In this document: piece after piece, positions 63,146 through 64,000 of the stretch | Layout of the letters: every line of letters starts with the position of its first letter | Position numbering within the stretch: position 1 is the first letter of the stretch | Assembly (NCBI GenBank): GCA_965246965.1 | Contig: CBDFGD010000002.1 | Location: 1,899,968-1,963,967 of the forward strand | Reading direction: 5' to 3' | Source of the DNA: Vicinamibacteria bacterium | GTDB lineage: Bacteria > Acidobacteriota > Vicinamibacteria > Fen-336 > CBDFGD01 | Length of the DNA: 64,000 bases | The notes under the pieces: generated by a model | The model's database searches: none | The model's input: only the letters and a program-made list of their open reading frames with translations | What the model was told of the DNA's origin: nothing | Position numbers and translations under genes: made by a program

Positions 63146-64000
63146 CTACTTCTGCGCGGCGTAGAGGTAGTCGACCAGAAGGTTCGCCATCGCACGCATC
63201 CCGATGGCCACGGAGTCGTCGTCCGCCCGGAACGTAGGCGAGTGATGCGGTCCCGACGTCGTCCCCTGCTTCAACGTCCCGAGCCGGAAGAAGAAACCCG
63301 GCACCTCGTTCGCGAAGTAAGCGAAGTCCTCGCCTCCCATCGTGGGAGGCAGCGTCACCAGGCCCTGTCGCGGCAGGACGGCCTGAAGCGTCGGTGTCAT
63401 CTTGACGGCCAGCTCGGGGTTGTTGATCGTCGCCGGCGTGCCGCGGTCGTAGTCGAGGCTGTAATCGCCTCCCCCGGCACTGGTGATCCCCTCGAGGATC
63501 TCCCCGACGCGCCGCTCGATCGTGTCCCGCACCTCGGCCGAGTAGCTGCGCACCGTGCCTTCGAGCTTCACCTCGGCCGGGATGATGTTGTAGCGCTCGC
63601 CCCCGTGCACCATGCCGACGGTGACGACGGCGGGCTCGATCGGATCGATGGTCCGCGACGGAATCGTCTGCAGCCCGAGGATGGCCTGGGCCGCCATCAC
63701 GATCGGGTCGACGCCCTGATGCGGCGCCGCACCGTGAGTCTGAACCCCGCGAATCCGCACCTTGAAGTGGTCGACGGCGGCCAGCGCGGGACCGCTCGTG
63801 AAGCCGACCCGTCCCACCGGCAGCGAGGCGAGCGTATGAAGTCCGAAGACCGCTTCCGGCGCCGGCTCGCCGAGCACGCCCTCCTGGACCATCAGCTGGG
63901 CGCCCCCCTCCTCCCCGGGCGGGGGTCCTTCCTCCGCGGGTTGGAAGAGGAACACCACCGTGCCGGGCAGCTCGTCGCGAAGCTCGGCCAGGATTGACGC
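63146..64000 (-). CDS. M20D family amidohydrolase (aminoacylase/hippurate hydrolase-like), partial, continues beyond window end
   Basis: ORF 63146..63958 open in-frame to 64000; M20D pattern (FLFQPAEEG, metal-binding His/Glu context). Confidence 0.75.
   Translation of the reverse strand, partial: ASILAELRDELPGTVVFLFQPAEEGPPPGEEGGAQLMVQEGVLGEPAPEAVFGLHTLASLPVGRVGFTSGPALAAVDHFKVRIRGVQTHGAAPHQGVDPIVMAAQAILGLQTIPSRTIDPIEPAVVTVGMVHGGERYNIIPAEVKLEGTVRSYSAEVRDTIERRVGEILEGITSAGGGDYSLDYDRGTPATINNPELAVKMTPTLQAVLPRQGLVTLPPTMGGEDFAYFANEVPGFFFRLGTLKQGTTSGPHHSPTFRADDDSVAIGMRAMANLLVDYLYAAQK

Overview
This is a high-GC (about 68%) bacterial chromosomal segment, dense in genes on both strands, with a gene repertoire typical of a soil Acidobacteria-like organism. 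No rRNA, tRNA or CRISPR array was recognised.

Recognisable loci, left to right:
- Ser/Thr kinase with a C-terminal beta-propeller, with a roughly 62-bp ghost copy of its own start at its 3' end.
- FabH-like KAS III, short-chain dehydrogenase and DUF985 cupin.
- Aliphatic amidase/formamidase-like carbon-nitrogen hydrolase.
- Two divergently transcribed TPR/FG-GAP/ASPIC-UnbV (CRTAC1-like) secreted proteins, one fused to a TlpA-like thioredoxin, followed by a prolyl-4-hydroxylase-like 2OG oxygenase and prolidase PepQ.
- A complete suf Fe-S operon, sufB-C-D-S-U-T, with an Rrf2/IscR regulator at its 3' end.
- ApaH, a membrane amidohydrolase and PanE.
- A fused sat/cysC PAPS synthase followed by a large polytopic membrane protein.
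- Yip1, a DUF481 outer-membrane protein and a HerA/DUF853-like ATPase.
- sucA-sucB, where SucA carries an inserted cNMP-binding domain.
- REC-EAL, an M20 peptidase, a PPTase and pntAA-AB-B.
- boxC-boxB of the benzoyl-CoA epoxide pathway, with a divergent BoxR/BzdR-type regulator and no boxA.
- AlkD-like repair protein, modABC and a PspC-domain protein with an IS5/IS1182-type IS inserted at its CTAG stop.
- hom, an RluA-family pseudouridine synthase, a PQQ beta-propeller, cNMP-GGDEF, a CMD/AhpD-like protein with an in-frame UGA at the redox Cys (likely Sec), a histidine phosphatase and an M20D amidohydrolase.

Sequence-level signals:
- A new repeat family with three copies: a 92-nt conserved core between arms that differ between copies but pair within each copy.
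- A dispersed 12-nt motif, CGTCATCCTGAG, in intergenic regions.
- Many conserved genes are broken by single frameshifts or in-frame stops. This points to an error-prone assembly, or else to pseudogenisation.
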